Assembly: GCA_965261425.1 (NCBI GenBank)
Contig: OZ253452.1
Location: forward strand, 2,592,645 to 2,656,644
Source: Candidatus Spongiihabitans sp.
GTDB taxonomy: Bacteria; Pseudomonadota; Gammaproteobacteria; Arenicellales; Poriferihabitantaceae
Direction: 5' to 3'
DNA length: 64,000 bases
Shown one piece after another: positions 29,563 through 41,340 of the stretch. Made by a program: the position numbers and the translations under genes. The notes under the pieces were generated by a model. That model ran no database searches, was not told where the DNA came from, and saw only the letters and a list, made by a program, of their open reading frames with translations. Numbering within the stretch: position 1 is the first letter of the stretch; each line of letters starts with the position of its first letter.

Positions 29563-30534
29563 TTATTTCGCGAAAAGACCTTCGACAATGAGACGAATTT
29601 CATCGTTCACATTGGCAAGCACCGCGTCCTTAGCGCGTGAGGCAAACGCAGCACCATCCACCGTGACGAAAGTCATGCCTTTCTCTTGCAATTCTGCACC
29701 AAGTTTACTGTCATTTGCTAAAAACAATTCACGTTCATAAGTTTGGGCGCGACTTGCTGCTTCCGTCACGGCAACCTGATCATTAGTAGACAGAGACTGC
29801 CATGTATTTTCTGCAATCGTCAGATAGATCCAAGACCTTACATGCTCGGTCAAGTTTACATGTGTTTGAACTTCGTTGAAGTTCGCAGACTTGATCAATG
29901 CGAGTGGGTTTTCCTGAGCGTCAATCGTGCCGTTCTGTAGTGAGGTGAATACCTCGGAAAACGCCATCGGTGTCGGTTGTGCTCCGAGGGCACTCCAGAC
30001 ATCAACAAAAAGAGGTACATTAGGCACTCGCATCTTCAGACCATTCAATTCATCGGGGCTGGTAATCGGACGGTTCGAGGTCAGATTGCGTGGTCCGCGT
30101 GCAAAGAAGGCAATCGGGCGCACCCGCGCCTTCTCAATGATCTGGGCTTTGATCTGATCTCCAACCTTGCCGCTTGCCACCTTATCCATGTGTTCGAGCG
30201 ATTTATAAGCGTAAGGCACCGCAAGCAGTGCCGCCATGGGTGCCCAATTTTGCAAACTTTCCCCAGTGATAGTCATATCAACCGTACCAAGCTGCATCCC
30301 GTTGATTAGATCAATTTCTTTTCCCAAAGATTCATTGGGAAAAACCTGAACCTCAATCCGCCCATCGGTTAAAGTCGAAAGCTCTTTTCCAAATTTCACC
30401 GCAGCAAGATGCCATGGATTTTCTTCATTGGCTAAATGACCTAATTTGAGTGTTAGCTCGGCAGCACTGGCTGTTCCTGCAATGCAAACGACCCCTGTAA
30501 CTAAAAATCTTATGATATTCAAAAATGTTTTCAT
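29563..30534 (-). CDS. dctP: TRAP substrate-binding protein; start re-assigned to ATG 30534
   Basis: AGGAG RBS before MKTFLNII; GLKMRVP, FSEVFTSLQ, AQENP. Confidence 0.92.
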   Translation of the reverse strand: MKTFLNIIRFLVTGVVCIAGTASAAELTLKLGHLANEENPWHLAAVKFGKELSTLTDGRIEVQVFPNESLGKEIDLINGMQLGTVDMTITGESLQNWAPMAALLAVPYAYKSLEHMDKVASGKVGDQIKAQIIEKARVRPIAFFARGPRNLTSNRPITSPDELNGLKMRVPNVPLFVDVWSALGAQPTPMAFSEVFTSLQNGTIDAQENPLALIKSANFNEVQTHVNLTEHVRSWIYLTIAENTWQSLSTNDQVAVTEAASRAQTYERELFLANDSKLGAELQEKGMTFVTVDGAAFASRAKDAVLANVNDEIRLIVEGLFAK

Positions 30535-31041
30535 TGTTTTTCTCCTAAATTGTGAACTTGACATATGCGTCAGGTTATCAGATAGCGACCCGTTGAAAAA
30601 TGCGGAGCTGCTTGAATCATTTGCGGAAGATCGTTCAAAATCTTCTGCAAATCGTGGCTTCTCGATAAATTTTTCCACACTATGCTTTGTCCGTTGCTTC
30701 AGCCAACGTTCAAGAAAACAGTCACCGAGAGGATGAATTCGCAGTGTATCATTATGCAACTTTTTTTTGCCTTCCAATCAATAGTACAAAATGTTATGAA
30801 ACTGATGCTTGATCAGCACCGACTGATTCAACCGCCATCGTGCTTAATATATCGTTAAAATTATCTTTTCGAATTATTTATATCATTCTACCATACAATC
30901 ATTTGTTAATGTAAAGCATAAATGGTAAACTGTGTGTTTATATTCATAAAATTAGATAGTTAAGTCTATGTACACGACAGAAAGCAATACCCGCTCCTCC
31001 AGAGTGCGGGGAATCCGATACGAACAAGCAGGTATTCGGTT

Positions 31042-32271
31042 ATGAAGCAAACATGGCGCTGGTTTGGACCGAATGATCTGGTTTCAATTGATGACATCTG
31101 TCAGGCAGGCAGTGAGGGCGTTGTTTCAGCCCTGCATCATATTCCGACCGGTGATGTCTGGCATCCCGATGAAATCACAAATCGTAAATTGCAAATTGAA
31201 TCCATGGAAAATGGACAGCCCTCAATGCTCAATTGGGATGTGGTGGAAAGCCTCCCAGTTTCAGAAGAAATCAAGAAACAGTCGGGGGATTGGCGCCAGC
31301 ACATTGAAAATTATAAGGAAAGCTTAATTAATTTGGCGGCATCTGGGCTTGATGTCGTATGTTACAATTTTATGCCAGTTCTGGATTGGACGCGCACCGA
31401 TTTGTCTTACCAGTTGTCTACTGGTGCTACTTGTATGCGGTTTGATCTGACAGATTTTGTCGTATTCGATATACATATTCTCATGCGTAAAACGGCAGAA
31501 GCTGACTATTCTATAGAGCTGATGGAAGAAGCTGCCTGCCGATTTTCAAAGATGGATAGCCAACGCCAGCAGGCACTAATCCGAAATGTGGTCTTCGGAC
31601 TTCCGGGGGCAGCTGAAAAATTCACTCTTGATGATGTGCGTCAGCATCTTGCAGATTACACTTTGATTCGTGAAAATGATTTGCGTCACAATCTGATTAC
31701 CTTTCTTGAGTTGGTTGCACCACTGGCAGAAAAGTTGGGGATTCGCTTGTGTTGCCATCCAGACGACCCGCCGGCACCATTGCTCGGGCTTCCGCGGATT
31801 ATGTCGACCGAAAATGATTATCGCAAAATCATTGAAGCTGTTGATATTCCTGCAAATGGTATTACTCTCTGTGCTGGCTCTCTGGGTGCACGTCCAGACA
31901 ACGACCTGCCAGGCATGATGACACGACTTGGTAATCGGATACATTTTTTGCACCTTCGTAATGTAAAGCGAGAAACACCGGATATCCTCGGCTCTTTCCA
32001 TGAAACGGAACATCTTTTGGGCGATACGGATATGGTGGCGCTCGTACAGGCGGTACTAGATGAAGAAACACGCCGTCGTGATAGTGGGTGGGCAAATAGT
32101 TCAATCCCATTTCGACCCGATCACGGGCAGGATATTTTAGGCGATTTGAAGCACAACGCTCAACCAGGTTATTCAGCAATAGGTCGATTAAAAGGACTGG
32201 CAGAAATCAGAGGTGTCATCAGTGCACTGACTCATCCATTATCAGGAGCAACCACACAAATTTGTGACTGA
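31042..32271 (+). CDS. uxuA: Mannonate dehydratase, second paralog
   Basis: WRWFG, CYNFMP, HPDDPP, RPDHG. Confidence 0.96.
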   Translation: MKQTWRWFGPNDLVSIDDICQAGSEGVVSALHHIPTGDVWHPDEITNRKLQIESMENGQPSMLNWDVVESLPVSEEIKKQSGDWRQHIENYKESLINLAASGLDVVCYNFMPVLDWTRTDLSYQLSTGATCMRFDLTDFVVFDIHILMRKTAEADYSIELMEEAACRFSKMDSQRQQALIRNVVFGLPGAAEKFTLDDVRQHLADYTLIRENDLRHNLITFLELVAPLAEKLGIRLCCHPDDPPAPLLGLPRIMSTENDYRKIIEAVDIPANGITLCAGSLGARPDNDLPGMMTRLGNRIHFLHLRNVKRETPDILGSFHETEHLLGDTDMVALVQAVLDEETRRRDSGWANSSIPFRPDHGQDILGDLKHNAQPGYSAIGRLKGLAEIRGVISALTHPLSGATTQICD

Positions 32272-32447
32272 CTTTTTCTGCGTCCTTTTTATAAAAGTAA
32301 CACACCGATTTTTAAGCTCGCTGGCGAGAGTTGGAATAGGCAACAGTAAAAACATGACGACAATTGCCGTGTGAGTTCATAACCCTGCAAACAACTCGGG
32401 TCTCCGATAAAGATTATTGCACAAAGGCAGGGTATTCTGTGTATGAG

Positions 32448-33224
32448 TCAAGCATCACTATCTTTATCACTGTATTCGTCCTTGACGGCATCTATTTTCA
32501 GAAATCGTGAGCAAAGCAAACCGACTTCGAATAACAACCAGACTGGCAATGCCAGTAGTGTTTGTGAAAAAATATCGGGCGGGGTCAGTAACATGCCGAC
32601 TACAAATGCGCCGACAATGATATAGGGTCGTTTTTTTGCCAATTCTTGCTCGGTGGTTACTCCCATGTAAATCATCAACACGGTTGCCACGGGCACTTCA
32701 AAGGCGACCCCGAATGCGAAAAACAGTTTGATGACAAAGCCGAGATAGGAGTTGATGTCGGTCATAACCGCAACCCCTTCGGGTGCTGTATTGGCAAAGA
32801 AATGAAAAATAAGTGGGAATACCGCAAAGTACGCAAAAATAATCCCCAGATAAAACAAGCCACTGCTGGAAATCAACAGTGGCACCACCAATCTCTTTTC
32901 ATGTTTGTATAACCCGGGTGCCACGAATGCCCATATTTGATACAACAAATAGGGTACTGCTAAGGCAAAGGCGCAGGCAAAAGCAAATTTGAAGGGCACA
33001 AAAAACGGCCCGTGCGGCTCGGTTGATATCATGCTGTTGCCTTCCGGCAATGCCGACATCAACGGGCTTGCCAGCACCTCGTAGAGGGTATTGGCAAACG
33101 GTGCCAGAATAATAAAAAACACCAGCACCGAAAACACGCCACGAAGCAAGCGGTCGCGCAATTCAATCAAATGCGAGACTAATGTGCCTTCGCCGGCGGA
33201 CGACTTTGTTTCAGTGTTTGCCAT
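32448..33224 (-). CDS. tatC: Tat translocase TatC
   Basis: [24 protein letters not shown]. Confidence 0.97.
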   Translation of the reverse strand: MANTETKSSAGEGTLVSHLIELRDRLLRGVFSVLVFFIILAPFANTLYEVLASPLMSALPEGNSMISTEPHGPFFVPFKFAFACAFALAVPYLLYQIWAFVAPGLYKHEKRLVVPLLISSSGLFYLGIIFAYFAVFPLIFHFFANTAPEGVAVMTDINSYLGFVIKLFFAFGVAFEVPVATVLMIYMGVTTEQELAKKRPYIIVGAFVVGMLLTPPDIFSQTLLALPVWLLFEVGLLCSRFLKIDAVKDEYSDKDSDA

Positions 33225-33802
33225 TATCCTGAATGATCACTCTGAATTATTGCTTTTTTTTGGACTGCTTTTTTTGGACTGCTTTTTTTTGGATTGCTTT
33301 TTTGGAGTTGACTCGACTCATCTGCTCTCTTTGCCGCTTTCTTTTTTGAGGTCTTTTTGGCAGTCTTTTTTATAGTCGTTGGTTTGGTTTTTTTGCGGGC
33401 GGCTGGTTTTTTCGATGCCGTTTTTCGGGTCGGTTTTAGCGTGGTAGATTTTTTGGTCGTTTTGCCTGTTTTATGAGCGGATGGAGCGGCTGTCGATGGT
33501 GCTACGGCGTTCTTAACCTCATTGCCTACCGCTTGCAAATCCAGTGCATCGGACGTGGATTGGGTCACCTCGTTGAGCTGTTTTTTTGCCGACTTAAACT
33601 CATCTTTCAGAGTGCTGACCTGCTCAACCTCATACTCCTTCATTTCCTTTTTCACATCCGCCATAACCTCGTTGAGCATGCGCCTGCCTTTGCCGACCCA
33701 CAGACCAACACGATGCGCGGCCCCGGGCAGTCGCTCCGGACCAATGATAAGTAGGGCGATGACCCCAATAAACGCCACCTCCCAAAAGCCAATATCAAAC
33801 AT
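33224..33802 (-). CDS. tatB: Tat translocase TatB with Lys-rich C-terminal tail
   Basis: MFDIGFWE...GPERLP. Confidence 0.95.
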   Translation of the reverse strand: MFDIGFWEVAFIGVIALLIIGPERLPGAAHRVGLWVGKGRRMLNEVMADVKKEMKEYEVEQVSTLKDEFKSAKKQLNEVTQSTSDALDLQAVGNEVKNAVAPSTAAPSAHKTGKTTKKSTTLKPTRKTASKKPAARKKTKPTTIKKTAKKTSKKKAAKRADESSQLQKSNPKKSSPKKAVQKKAIIQSDHSG

Positions 33803-33843
33803 TGAGCCGTTTCAAACGTAGATCAAACAGTCCAAGAAACCAA

Positions 33844-34134
33844 TCAGGATTTTTTTTTAGTTTTTTCCCCGACTGTCGTCTGTTCCGCTTCATCACCAGA
33901 GTCCTGTTCCAGATCTTGTTCAGAATCTGGCTCGGAACCTTCAAGTCGATCAGCCTGCTCTTGTTCTTTATGGTCTTGTTTTTTATGTTCTTCTTCTTTA
34001 ACTGCCTTTTTGAATCCTTTAATGGCACCGCCAAGATCGCCACCCAAATTACGTAGTTTCTTTGTCCCGAATATCAATAAAACAATCACTAAAATAATAA
34101 TCAATTGAACCGGACTAATACCGCCTATACCCAT
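33844..34134 (-). CDS. tatA: Tat translocase TatA; start re-assigned to ATG 34134
   Basis: [28 protein letters not shown]. Confidence 0.95.
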   Translation of the reverse strand: MGIGGISPVQLIIILVIVLLIFGTKKLRNLGGDLGGAIKGFKKAVKEEEHKKQDHKEQEQADRLEGSEPDSEQDLEQDSGDEAEQTTVGEKTKKKS

Positions 34135-34241
34135 AATGTTATCTCCACCGTTGCATAATGATTGGTTTGTACCCTTTGGATTGTAACGCGAAACATGCGT
34201 TGTTGTGCTTTTTTGAGTCGATTTGTCGCTGTTATTTGGTG

Positions 34242-34631
34242 TTATTTGGTGTCCGAGTACATTTCCGCCTGAGTTTTCAAAATCGGCTCCACTTCTTGCC
34301 AGCAACCATTCTCATAGCGTTTGTAAAAGCAACTATGCCGACCGGTATGGCAGGCAATGTCGCCGATTTGCTCAACCTGCATTAACACCACATCGCTATC
34401 GCAATCAATGCGTAGCTCCTTTAACACCTGAATATGCCCGGACTCCTCGCCTTTGCGCCATAATTTCTTGCGCGATCTGGAATAATACACTGCCCGCCCT
34501 TCCTCGATGGTCGTTTGCAACGCCTGCCGATTCATCCATGCGACCATGAGCACTTTGCCAGTGCCGTGCTGTTGCGCGATAGCGGGCACCAAGCCCGCTT
34601 CGTTCCATTTTATTTCGTCTAATATTTTCAT
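34242..34631 (-). CDS. hisI: Phosphoribosyl-AMP cyclohydrolase
   Basis: [26 protein letters not shown]. Confidence 0.97.
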   Translation of the reverse strand: MKILDEIKWNEAGLVPAIAQQHGTGKVLMVAWMNRQALQTTIEEGRAVYYSRSRKKLWRKGEESGHIQVLKELRIDCDSDVVLMQVEQIGDIACHTGRHSCFYKRYENGCWQEVEPILKTQAEMYSDTK

Positions 34632-34719
34632 TTAGTCCTTTTCATCATTGTCGGAAGTGTAGCTAATACTGTACAGGAATCCCGCGGCTCGAGAGCCTCG
34701 CCGAACGACTAGGTCGAGT

Positions 34720-34830
34720 TCTATGTGGACAACCCTTGCGGGTTTGGTTGTTTTACTGGATTCCTGCTCCCCGCCTGCGCGGGGACAGGCTTCGCAGGAA
34801 AGACGGATATTGGTTTTTTGGGCAGTCTCA
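34720..34830. repeat. dRS3-like REP (TTCCTGC..GCAGGAA) with MITE end
   Basis: AACCCTTGCGGGTTTG..TTTTACTGGATTCCTGC also at about 13960, 41730, 47150, 53610, 59445, 60770. Confidence 0.7.
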
Positions 34831-34879
34831 AAGGACTCGCGTAATTCGTAATTCGTAAGCGGAGATTCAAATTATTGTG

Positions 34880-35791
34880 TTAGCCTGAGCCGCGAGTGCG
34901 GTTTCTCTTTGGTTTTGCGTTATTTTCTATAAACTCAATGATGATTCTCGCAACATCTTTACCGGTTGCGGCTTCGATGCCTTCCATGCCCGGCGAGGAA
35001 TTGACCTCCATGACCAGTGGTCCGCTATTGGAGCGTAACAAATCAACTCCGCAGACATTCAAGCCCATTACTTTCGCCGCCCGCGCTGCTGTTTTTCTTT
35101 CTGTGGGGGTGAGTTTGACCAGACTGGCTTTTCCGCCTCGGTGCAGATTGGAGCGAAACTCCCCCGGCGGACCTTGGCGTTGCATGGCGGCAATGACTTT
35201 TTCACCCACCACCAAGCACCGAATATCACTGCCGCCGGCTTCTTTAATATATTCCTGCACCAAAATATCCGCGTTTAATTTCATAAACGCCTGAATAACA
35301 CTTTCTGCCGCTTTTTTGGTTTCTGCCAACACGACACCCCGCCCCTGTGTGCCTTGCAGTAGTTTGATGACCAGTGGCGCACCACCGACTTCTTTGATGA
35401 TGCTGTTAATATCTTTGCTGGAATGGGCAAATGCCGTGATCGGCATCCCGATACCTTTTCTCGACAATAGTTGTAGTGAGCGCAGTTTGTCGCGGGAACG
35501 GGTGATTGCTACCGATTCATTGACGCTATAAATATTCATCATCTCAAATTGACGCACAATGGCAGTGCCGTAATAGGTCACGGACGCGCCGATTCTAGGG
35601 ATCACCGCATCAAAATCATTGCGATTAAATTCGATACTGCCGTAATGAATGGTCGGATTGTCCGAAGTAATATCCATGAAACAGCGCAGGTGATCCAGCA
35701 CTTGTACGCTATGACCGCGCAGTTCTGCCGCTTCAACCAGCCTTTTTGTGGAGTATAAATTTCGATTACGAGAGAGTATTGCTATTTTCAT
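34880..35791 (-). CDS. rimK: Ribosomal protein S6--L-glutamate ligase; start ATG 35791
   Basis: [34 protein letters not shown]. Confidence 0.96.
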   Translation of the reverse strand: MKIAILSRNRNLYSTKRLVEAAELRGHSVQVLDHLRCFMDITSDNPTIHYGSIEFNRNDFDAVIPRIGASVTYYGTAIVRQFEMMNIYSVNESVAITRSRDKLRSLQLLSRKGIGMPITAFAHSSKDINSIIKEVGGAPLVIKLLQGTQGRGVVLAETKKAAESVIQAFMKLNADILVQEYIKEAGGSDIRCLVVGEKVIAAMQRQGPPGEFRSNLHRGGKASLVKLTPTERKTAARAAKVMGLNVCGVDLLRSNSGPLVMEVNSSPGMEGIEAATGKDVARIIIEFIENNAKPKRNRTRGSG

Positions 35792-35804
35792 AATTGATAC
35801 GGAA

Positions 35805-36242
35805 TCAGGGTTGTTGACAATAAGAACGCACAACATCAACCACAAAATCATCGCCTATTGCGGTTCGCCCCAACAGCATTCTGAATACCATGTCGTTGCG
35901 GCGGGTTAATGTGATTTCAATTTTTTTTACCAGCGCACCAATTTTAATAGAACTTAATATGACAACACGTTCTTCAGTCTGCCCGCCAGAATTGGTAATG
36001 TTGCGGTTTTCAACAACCCTTGCGCTACACACTTTTTCTTGTAAATGTTTTCGACCGCCGAAAACCACCTGAAATCGTGCCATAATTACGCCGTTTTCTT
36101 CGCTCAACTCATATACCTCTGCATCCATCGTTGAGGTGCGTGCGCCGGTATCAATTTTTGCCTTGACTCGATCTATGCCAAGATCGGGCAATCCGACCCA
36201 CTCGCGCCATCCGATTATTTGCTTTGCGGGATTTGCTGACAT
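35805..36242 (-). CDS. RimK-associated putative aspartyl protease
   Basis: [19 protein letters not shown]. Confidence 0.9.
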   Translation of the reverse strand: MSANPAKQIIGWREWVGLPDLGIDRVKAKIDTGARTSTMDAEVYELSEENGVIMARFQVVFGGRKHLQEKVCSARVVENRNITNSGGQTEERVVILSSIKIGALVKKIEITLTRRNDMVFRMLLGRTAIGDDFVVDVVRSYCQQP

Positions 36243-36306
36243 GGTTGGTGCAAGATTTGCACAGTCTCTTTAGGGCATTGCCGCCATCCATAGCAGTCGT
36301 AATGCC

Positions 36307-38676
36307 CTAATAATTACCCCGCACTCGTTCTTTCTTCGGGTCAAAATGCGGGAATGGCACTACGGTTGCTGGAATACGTTTCTGGTGTCCGTCCAGTTTA
36401 CCAACTTCAACTTCGCTACCCAGTTCGGTATAAAGTATTTTCATCTTGCACAGGGCAATGTTTTTTCTCAGTATAGGCGAGACCATGCCGCTGGTAATGG
36501 TGCCGACTTGCTCCCGACCAATAAAAACACCATCGCCATTGCCACCGGGTTCTTCGCCCGCAAGCTCAAGACCGACCAGTTTTTGTTGCGGATTTTGTTT
36601 ACGCTCAAGCAACACGTCCCTGCCAATAAAATCATCTTGCTTGGATTTCAACGGCACGGTGAAACCAATGCCGGCTTCAAAAGGGTCGGTTTGGTCACAA
36701 AATTCGTAGCCGGCAAAAATCAAGCCAGCTTCAATGCGGAGCCAATCCAAAGCCTCCAGCCCGAGTGGTGCAATTTTGAATTCTTGTCCGGCTTCCCAAA
36801 CCGCTTCCCAGACTGCTTCGGCATCGCTCGGATGGCAAAATATTTCATAGCCTTGCTCTCCGGTATAGCCGGTACGCGATGCCAGAATCGGCACTCCAGA
36901 TTCATCCCCTATTCGGGCAATGGAAAAACGAAACCAGTTCAATTCCTCGATGGTCGCCTGATCAGGGCGTGTCCAGATAATTTTTTTGAGCACATCCAGA
37001 CTTTTCGGTCCTTGTACCTGAAGGTTATGCAGTTGCGAGGTGGAGTCCTTAACCCAAGCACGCATATTTCTTTCCTGCGCTTGTTGTCTAAGCCATAGCC
37101 CAGAAGTGTCATTGCCACCAATCCAGCGAAAATTATCCTTGCCCAGCCTGAAAACGGTACCATCATCAATCATGCCACCCGATTCGTAACACATCGCGGT
37201 ATAGACGACTTGCCCAGCGGTTAGTTTTCGGACATCCCGGGTCACACAGGTTTGTAGCAAAATTTCGGCATCCGGACCGACCACCTCGTATTTTCGCAAT
37301 GGCGAAAGATCGGTGGCGATGACCCCTTCTCGACAGGCCCAATACTCGGTGGTACAACCATAATCGGTGTAGTTATTCGCCAACCAATAGCCATTGTATT
37401 CGGCAAAGTTGCGGGTTAGCAGGGAAGTTTTGTTATGAAAGCCAGTTTCTTTTGTCATTTCAGGTTCTGCGTCAGTAGTTTTTCGAAAAGCAATTGCACG
37501 TTTGAATAAATTCTTTGCGGAATAAGTTCGTACTTGAATATCGGTTGGCACCCAGCCGTTTGCCGGGTCAATATCACACGGACAGGATGATGAAACACAA
37601 ACCAAATCTTTTATTGCACGCATCAGCACATAATCCCCCGGGCGCGACCACGGATCATCGAATGTGAACGTAAAGGCATCATCAAAGAAAGTGTTAAAAA
37701 ACAAATTCATCGCCTGCCAGCCTTTGCGCGGCGGGATGGGATAGGATTTCAATGCCTTGTTAAAATTGTCCGAACAATTTGCATGACCGGGGTAACCCGC
37801 TTCATCATAGTATTTGCTGGTGCAAGCCAAGCCGAAACTGTCGTGTCGTCCGCAGGAATCCTGCACAATTTCAAGCAACGGTTGAAAATCCACATCGTAA
37901 AATTTTGAATACAATCCGGGTCCGGGATAGGCGGAGCCCATTAACGCCCGCGTTGTGGTCGCGCTGAGATAACGCATCGCGCCTTTCTCCAACTGTGCCT
38001 GATCAAAACATTGAAAATCCGAACACTGGCGCCCATCAATATCGAGAACCTGAATATATTCCCCTGCCTTGACTTCATAACTCTGAGCAGTCGCCGCCTT
38101 AATGCGGAAACTTTGTTGTTCATCTGCCAGCGGATCAGGCAATTCATTGACCATGGCCTGCCCGGGATTCGCTCGGGTGATATAAACAATCAAATCGGTT
38201 GGCGGTAAATCGGTGGGCAATGAATCGGAGGACTGTCCATGCGTTTTCATCGCTTGCCCGGGAGCGCAAATCAAACAAATTAATTCGCTTTCACTGACTA
38301 ATGTGATGCTTGAACCGGCCATCGTATCACCCGATAACACTTCTGCCACCTTCGCCTCAGGCAAACTGACCGCAAAATTTTTCAGTTTATTTCTTATTTT
38401 TGCTGCCCCCAAACTGTCGCCATCCAGCATCTGCGCGATGGTTTCACCGTTTGTATTGGGTACAACACCGAGTTGTGCCGTTGCCGACTTGCTGGCAGCG
38501 TTGAATGCCAGTATATGCGCCGATTGCCGACCTTCAGGATCGACTATTTCCAGTTCATCGGCGGGCAATATTGGAACCGCAATGACCGCACCAGCGCGTA
38601 CTACATAACGCTCCTTGCCAAGCCACTCCTGCCCCAAGCCGGGTTCACGAAGCGTAATAATGTTGTTCATGTTCAT
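36307..38676 (-). CDS. tdm: DUF1989 + aminomethyltransferase fusion, likely TMAO demethylase
   Basis: GRQCSDF, HDSFGLAC, NCSDN; GcvT-like RTGYTGE, RIEAG; divergent from a betaine-type ABC transporter. Confidence 0.85.
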   Translation of the reverse strand: MNMNNIITLREPGLGQEWLGKERYVVRAGAVIAVPILPADELEIVDPEGRQSAHILAFNAASKSATAQLGVVPNTNGETIAQMLDGDSLGAAKIRNKLKNFAVSLPEAKVAEVLSGDTMAGSSITLVSESELICLICAPGQAMKTHGQSSDSLPTDLPPTDLIVYITRANPGQAMVNELPDPLADEQQSFRIKAATAQSYEVKAGEYIQVLDIDGRQCSDFQCFDQAQLEKGAMRYLSATTTRALMGSAYPGPGLYSKFYDVDFQPLLEIVQDSCGRHDSFGLACTSKYYDEAGYPGHANCSDNFNKALKSYPIPPRKGWQAMNLFFNTFFDDAFTFTFDDPWSRPGDYVLMRAIKDLVCVSSSCPCDIDPANGWVPTDIQVRTYSAKNLFKRAIAFRKTTDAEPEMTKETGFHNKTSLLTRNFAEYNGYWLANNYTDYGCTTEYWACREGVIATDLSPLRKYEVVGPDAEILLQTCVTRDVRKLTAGQVVYTAMCYESGGMIDDGTVFRLGKDNFRWIGGNDTSGLWLRQQAQERNMRAWVKDSTSQLHNLQVQGPKSLDVLKKIIWTRPDQATIEELNWFRFSIARIGDESGVPILASRTGYTGEQGYEIFCHPSDAEAVWEAVWEAGQEFKIAPLGLEALDWLRIEAGLIFAGYEFCDQTDPFEAGIGFTVPLKSKQDDFIGRDVLLERKQNPQQKLVGLELAGEEPGGNGDGVFIGREQVGTITSGMVSPILRKNIALCKMKILYTELGSEVEVGKLDGHQKRIPATVVPFPHFDPKKERVRGNY

Positions 38677-39037
38677 AGTGGTCGTATCTAAATGAGTGCT
38701 ACAAATGTCATCTTTAACAGGATTTTATAGTATTTCCCTGTCTGATTGCTGTTTAGTTCTCTCCGTAGTGATGCCTTATGTGCTAACTTTTTCGTGAACC
38801 AATACCAAATTATGTTACATTGCTGACTCAGTAATTGACCAATACTATACCAATGGCAGTTTCAACTCCGCTTGACTATACACTAATTTTAAGCGTTTCA
38901 ATAAGAAATATTGAAATGGTATAGTTGTGGTACTTTTATTATCAAAACAATTCATGTACAGTGCTGAGGTCAACGTGATGGATTCATCACCGCGACCCTA
39001 TAAATCTTATTAAATTTCCTTACGGAGCATAAATTAC

Positions 39038-40006
39038 ATGATAAACAAAGCAAAATATTGTGCTGTTGCAGTCGCAGCCTGTCTAGCATCAAGCATGGCA
39101 GTCGCTGCTGTTCCTGAATCTACCGACCCTATTCAGGTTATTGACAATAACTGGTCAAGCCAAAAAGTGCTAGCACGAGTGGCAAAGAAGATGTTGGAAG
39201 ACATTGGCTACAGTGCCGAGCTAGTCACTCTGGATACACAAAGCCAGTTTGCGGCAATGGGCACCGGAGACGCACACATCCAGATGGAAGTGTGGGAAGG
39301 CTCCATGAACGCCAGCTTCATGAAAGAAGTTGAAGCCGGTCGAATGGTTGATGGCGGTAGCCATGAAGCCACTACCCGCGAAGAATGGTGGTATCCAAAC
39401 TATGTCGAGGAAATTTGCCCGGGTCTGCCTGACTACAAGGCAATTAACGATTGTGCGGAAAAACTCTCTACTCCAGAAACCGCGCCTAACGCACGTTATC
39501 TTTCCGGTCCTGCCGAATGGCATCCAGAAGACATCGAGCGCGTTGAAGCTCTGGGTCTGAATGTGACCATCGTCAATGCCGGCTCTGCCGATGCGTTGTT
39601 TGGCGAACTTAAATCTGCCGCCAAACGCAACGAGCCTATCATCCTGTTCAACTGGGCACCAAACTGGGTCGGTGCGGCTTATCCGGGTAAATTCGTTGAG
39701 TTCCCAAGACGTGACAAAGAAAACAAATGTGTTACTGATGCAAGCTGGGGGGTCAATCCCGATATGGTCAATGACTGCGGAGCCGCTGTTGGGGGTTACC
39801 TGAAAAAAGGACTGTGGGCCGGCTTTGCCGACAAATATACTTGTGCTAATGATTTAATGACCAACATCAACTTTACCGGTCCGATGATTGATGCCGCTGC
39901 GGCATTGGTTGATGTCGATGGCTTGGATCATGATGCTGCTGCCGCCGAGTGGATTAAGCAGAACCAATCTGTTGCTGACGGCTGGGTTCCATCCTGCGCC
40001 GGATAA
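39038..40006 (+). CDS. tmoX: Betaine/TMAO-type ABC substrate-binding protein (TmoX-like)
   Basis: Signal peptide; NNWSSQ, EVWEG, REEWWYP, FNWAPNW. Confidence 0.75.
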   Translation: MINKAKYCAVAVAACLASSMAVAAVPESTDPIQVIDNNWSSQKVLARVAKKMLEDIGYSAELVTLDTQSQFAAMGTGDAHIQMEVWEGSMNASFMKEVEAGRMVDGGSHEATTREEWWYPNYVEEICPGLPDYKAINDCAEKLSTPETAPNARYLSGPAEWHPEDIERVEALGLNVTIVNAGSADALFGELKSAAKRNEPIILFNWAPNWVGAAYPGKFVEFPRRDKENKCVTDASWGVNPDMVNDCGAAVGGYLKKGLWAGFADKYTCANDLMTNINFTGPMIDAAAALVDVDGLDHDAAAAEWIKQNQSVADGWVPSCAG

Positions 40007-40041
40007 GCATCCGATAAACCATTTTTGACGTGGTTATTTAG

Positions 40042-40079
40042 CCACCGTAGATGTCTCTGACACTGCGGTGGTTTTTTTT
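40042..40079 (+). terminator. Rho-independent terminator
   Basis: CCACCGTAG..CTGCGGTGG followed by a T run. Confidence 0.7.
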
Positions 40080-40305
40080 GCCAAAAAAACAGCATGGAAG
40101 AGATTTGACACAGACGACCCCAAGGATGAGACTGTGCAAAAAACCAATATTTGTCGTTCCTAACCCCCCTAGCCCCCCTTATCAGGGGGGAATTGAGTGG
40201 AAAGTCCCCCTGATAAGATACTGTGTTAAAAATCCACTTATTTTCAACTTTTTTTCGGCTCATTGTTAGAATGACTTTGCCTGCTGGGATTCCACCACAA
40301 ACGCG

Positions 40306-41300
40306 CTATCTGCAAGCATAATTGACATCAAAAGGCTGTTCTGATTTTAATACCCCATAAGATATAACCAGTAGTTTCCGCATCACCGCGCACACTGCCA
40401 CTTGTTTAGGTTTGCCTTTATCAAGCAGCCTATTGTATAAATCCTGCGTGACTGGATTGTGTCGCGTTGCCGTCAGTGCTGGCATATAGAGAGACTTTCT
40501 CAGGCGTTTGTGCCCTATTTTTGACAGACTACTCTTGTTGATACTACTGCCAGACTGGGTTATCTTCGGATTCAACCCAGCAAAACTGGCCACTTGCTTG
40601 GCGTTATCAAATGACGATATATCCCCCATATAGGCGAGGATAGCCCAAGCCGTTTTGTTGCCAATCCCGCCAATGCTGGTCAATAACCGTACTTGTTGAC
40701 GCAACACAGAATCGCCCGCAACCAAGGCCTTGATTTCCTGTTCAACAATCACTATTTGCCGACAGATGTACCGAATCATCGCTTTGATTGATTTGCTGGC
40801 GGTCTTATTCAAACTCACTGGCAAACGATTCTTCTCTTGGGTTGATTGTTTGTTTAACTGCTCCAAGCGCGTCATCAGGCATTGTAACGCAACACTGGCT
40901 TCGCTTTTGGGCTTGAACCGGTTTTTCTCTAACTCACCCTTGACCACAATATACTGACAATAACGCGCAATGCTGCCAGCACTTGTGCCCTGTGGGTATC
41001 GGATTTATCCGTTTTATTACGCAACATCTCCACCTTGACAAACGCATGGGTTCTCATTGGGTTCGCCACAATCACCTGGTCGCCTGAGCGATGTAAATAA
41101 TACGCCAAAGCAACCCCATAAACGCTGGTGGCTTCCATACAAAACACTCGCTCTTGCGCTGCGCCCAATGATTTTAGCCATTTGGACAAGGCTTTGAAGC
41201 CTTTATGATCATTAGCAAAAGACTGGTTGTGGTCAACATCCTCAACGCACACAGCACCATCAAAACGTGCTTTAGATATATCAATACCGATACATAACAT
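40306..41300 (-). pseudogene. IS110 transposase split by a 17-bp insertion (40982-40998)
   Basis: Direct comparison with the intact copy at 57937-58914. Confidence 0.9.
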
Positions 41301-41340
41301 AACATTCTCCGGTTATAATTGTAGATAGGTTGGATCATTT

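Noticed and set aside
36346-37098. 250-aa antisense ORF within tdm, and similar antisense ORFs elsewhere
   Set aside because: Shadow ORFs of well-supported genes.
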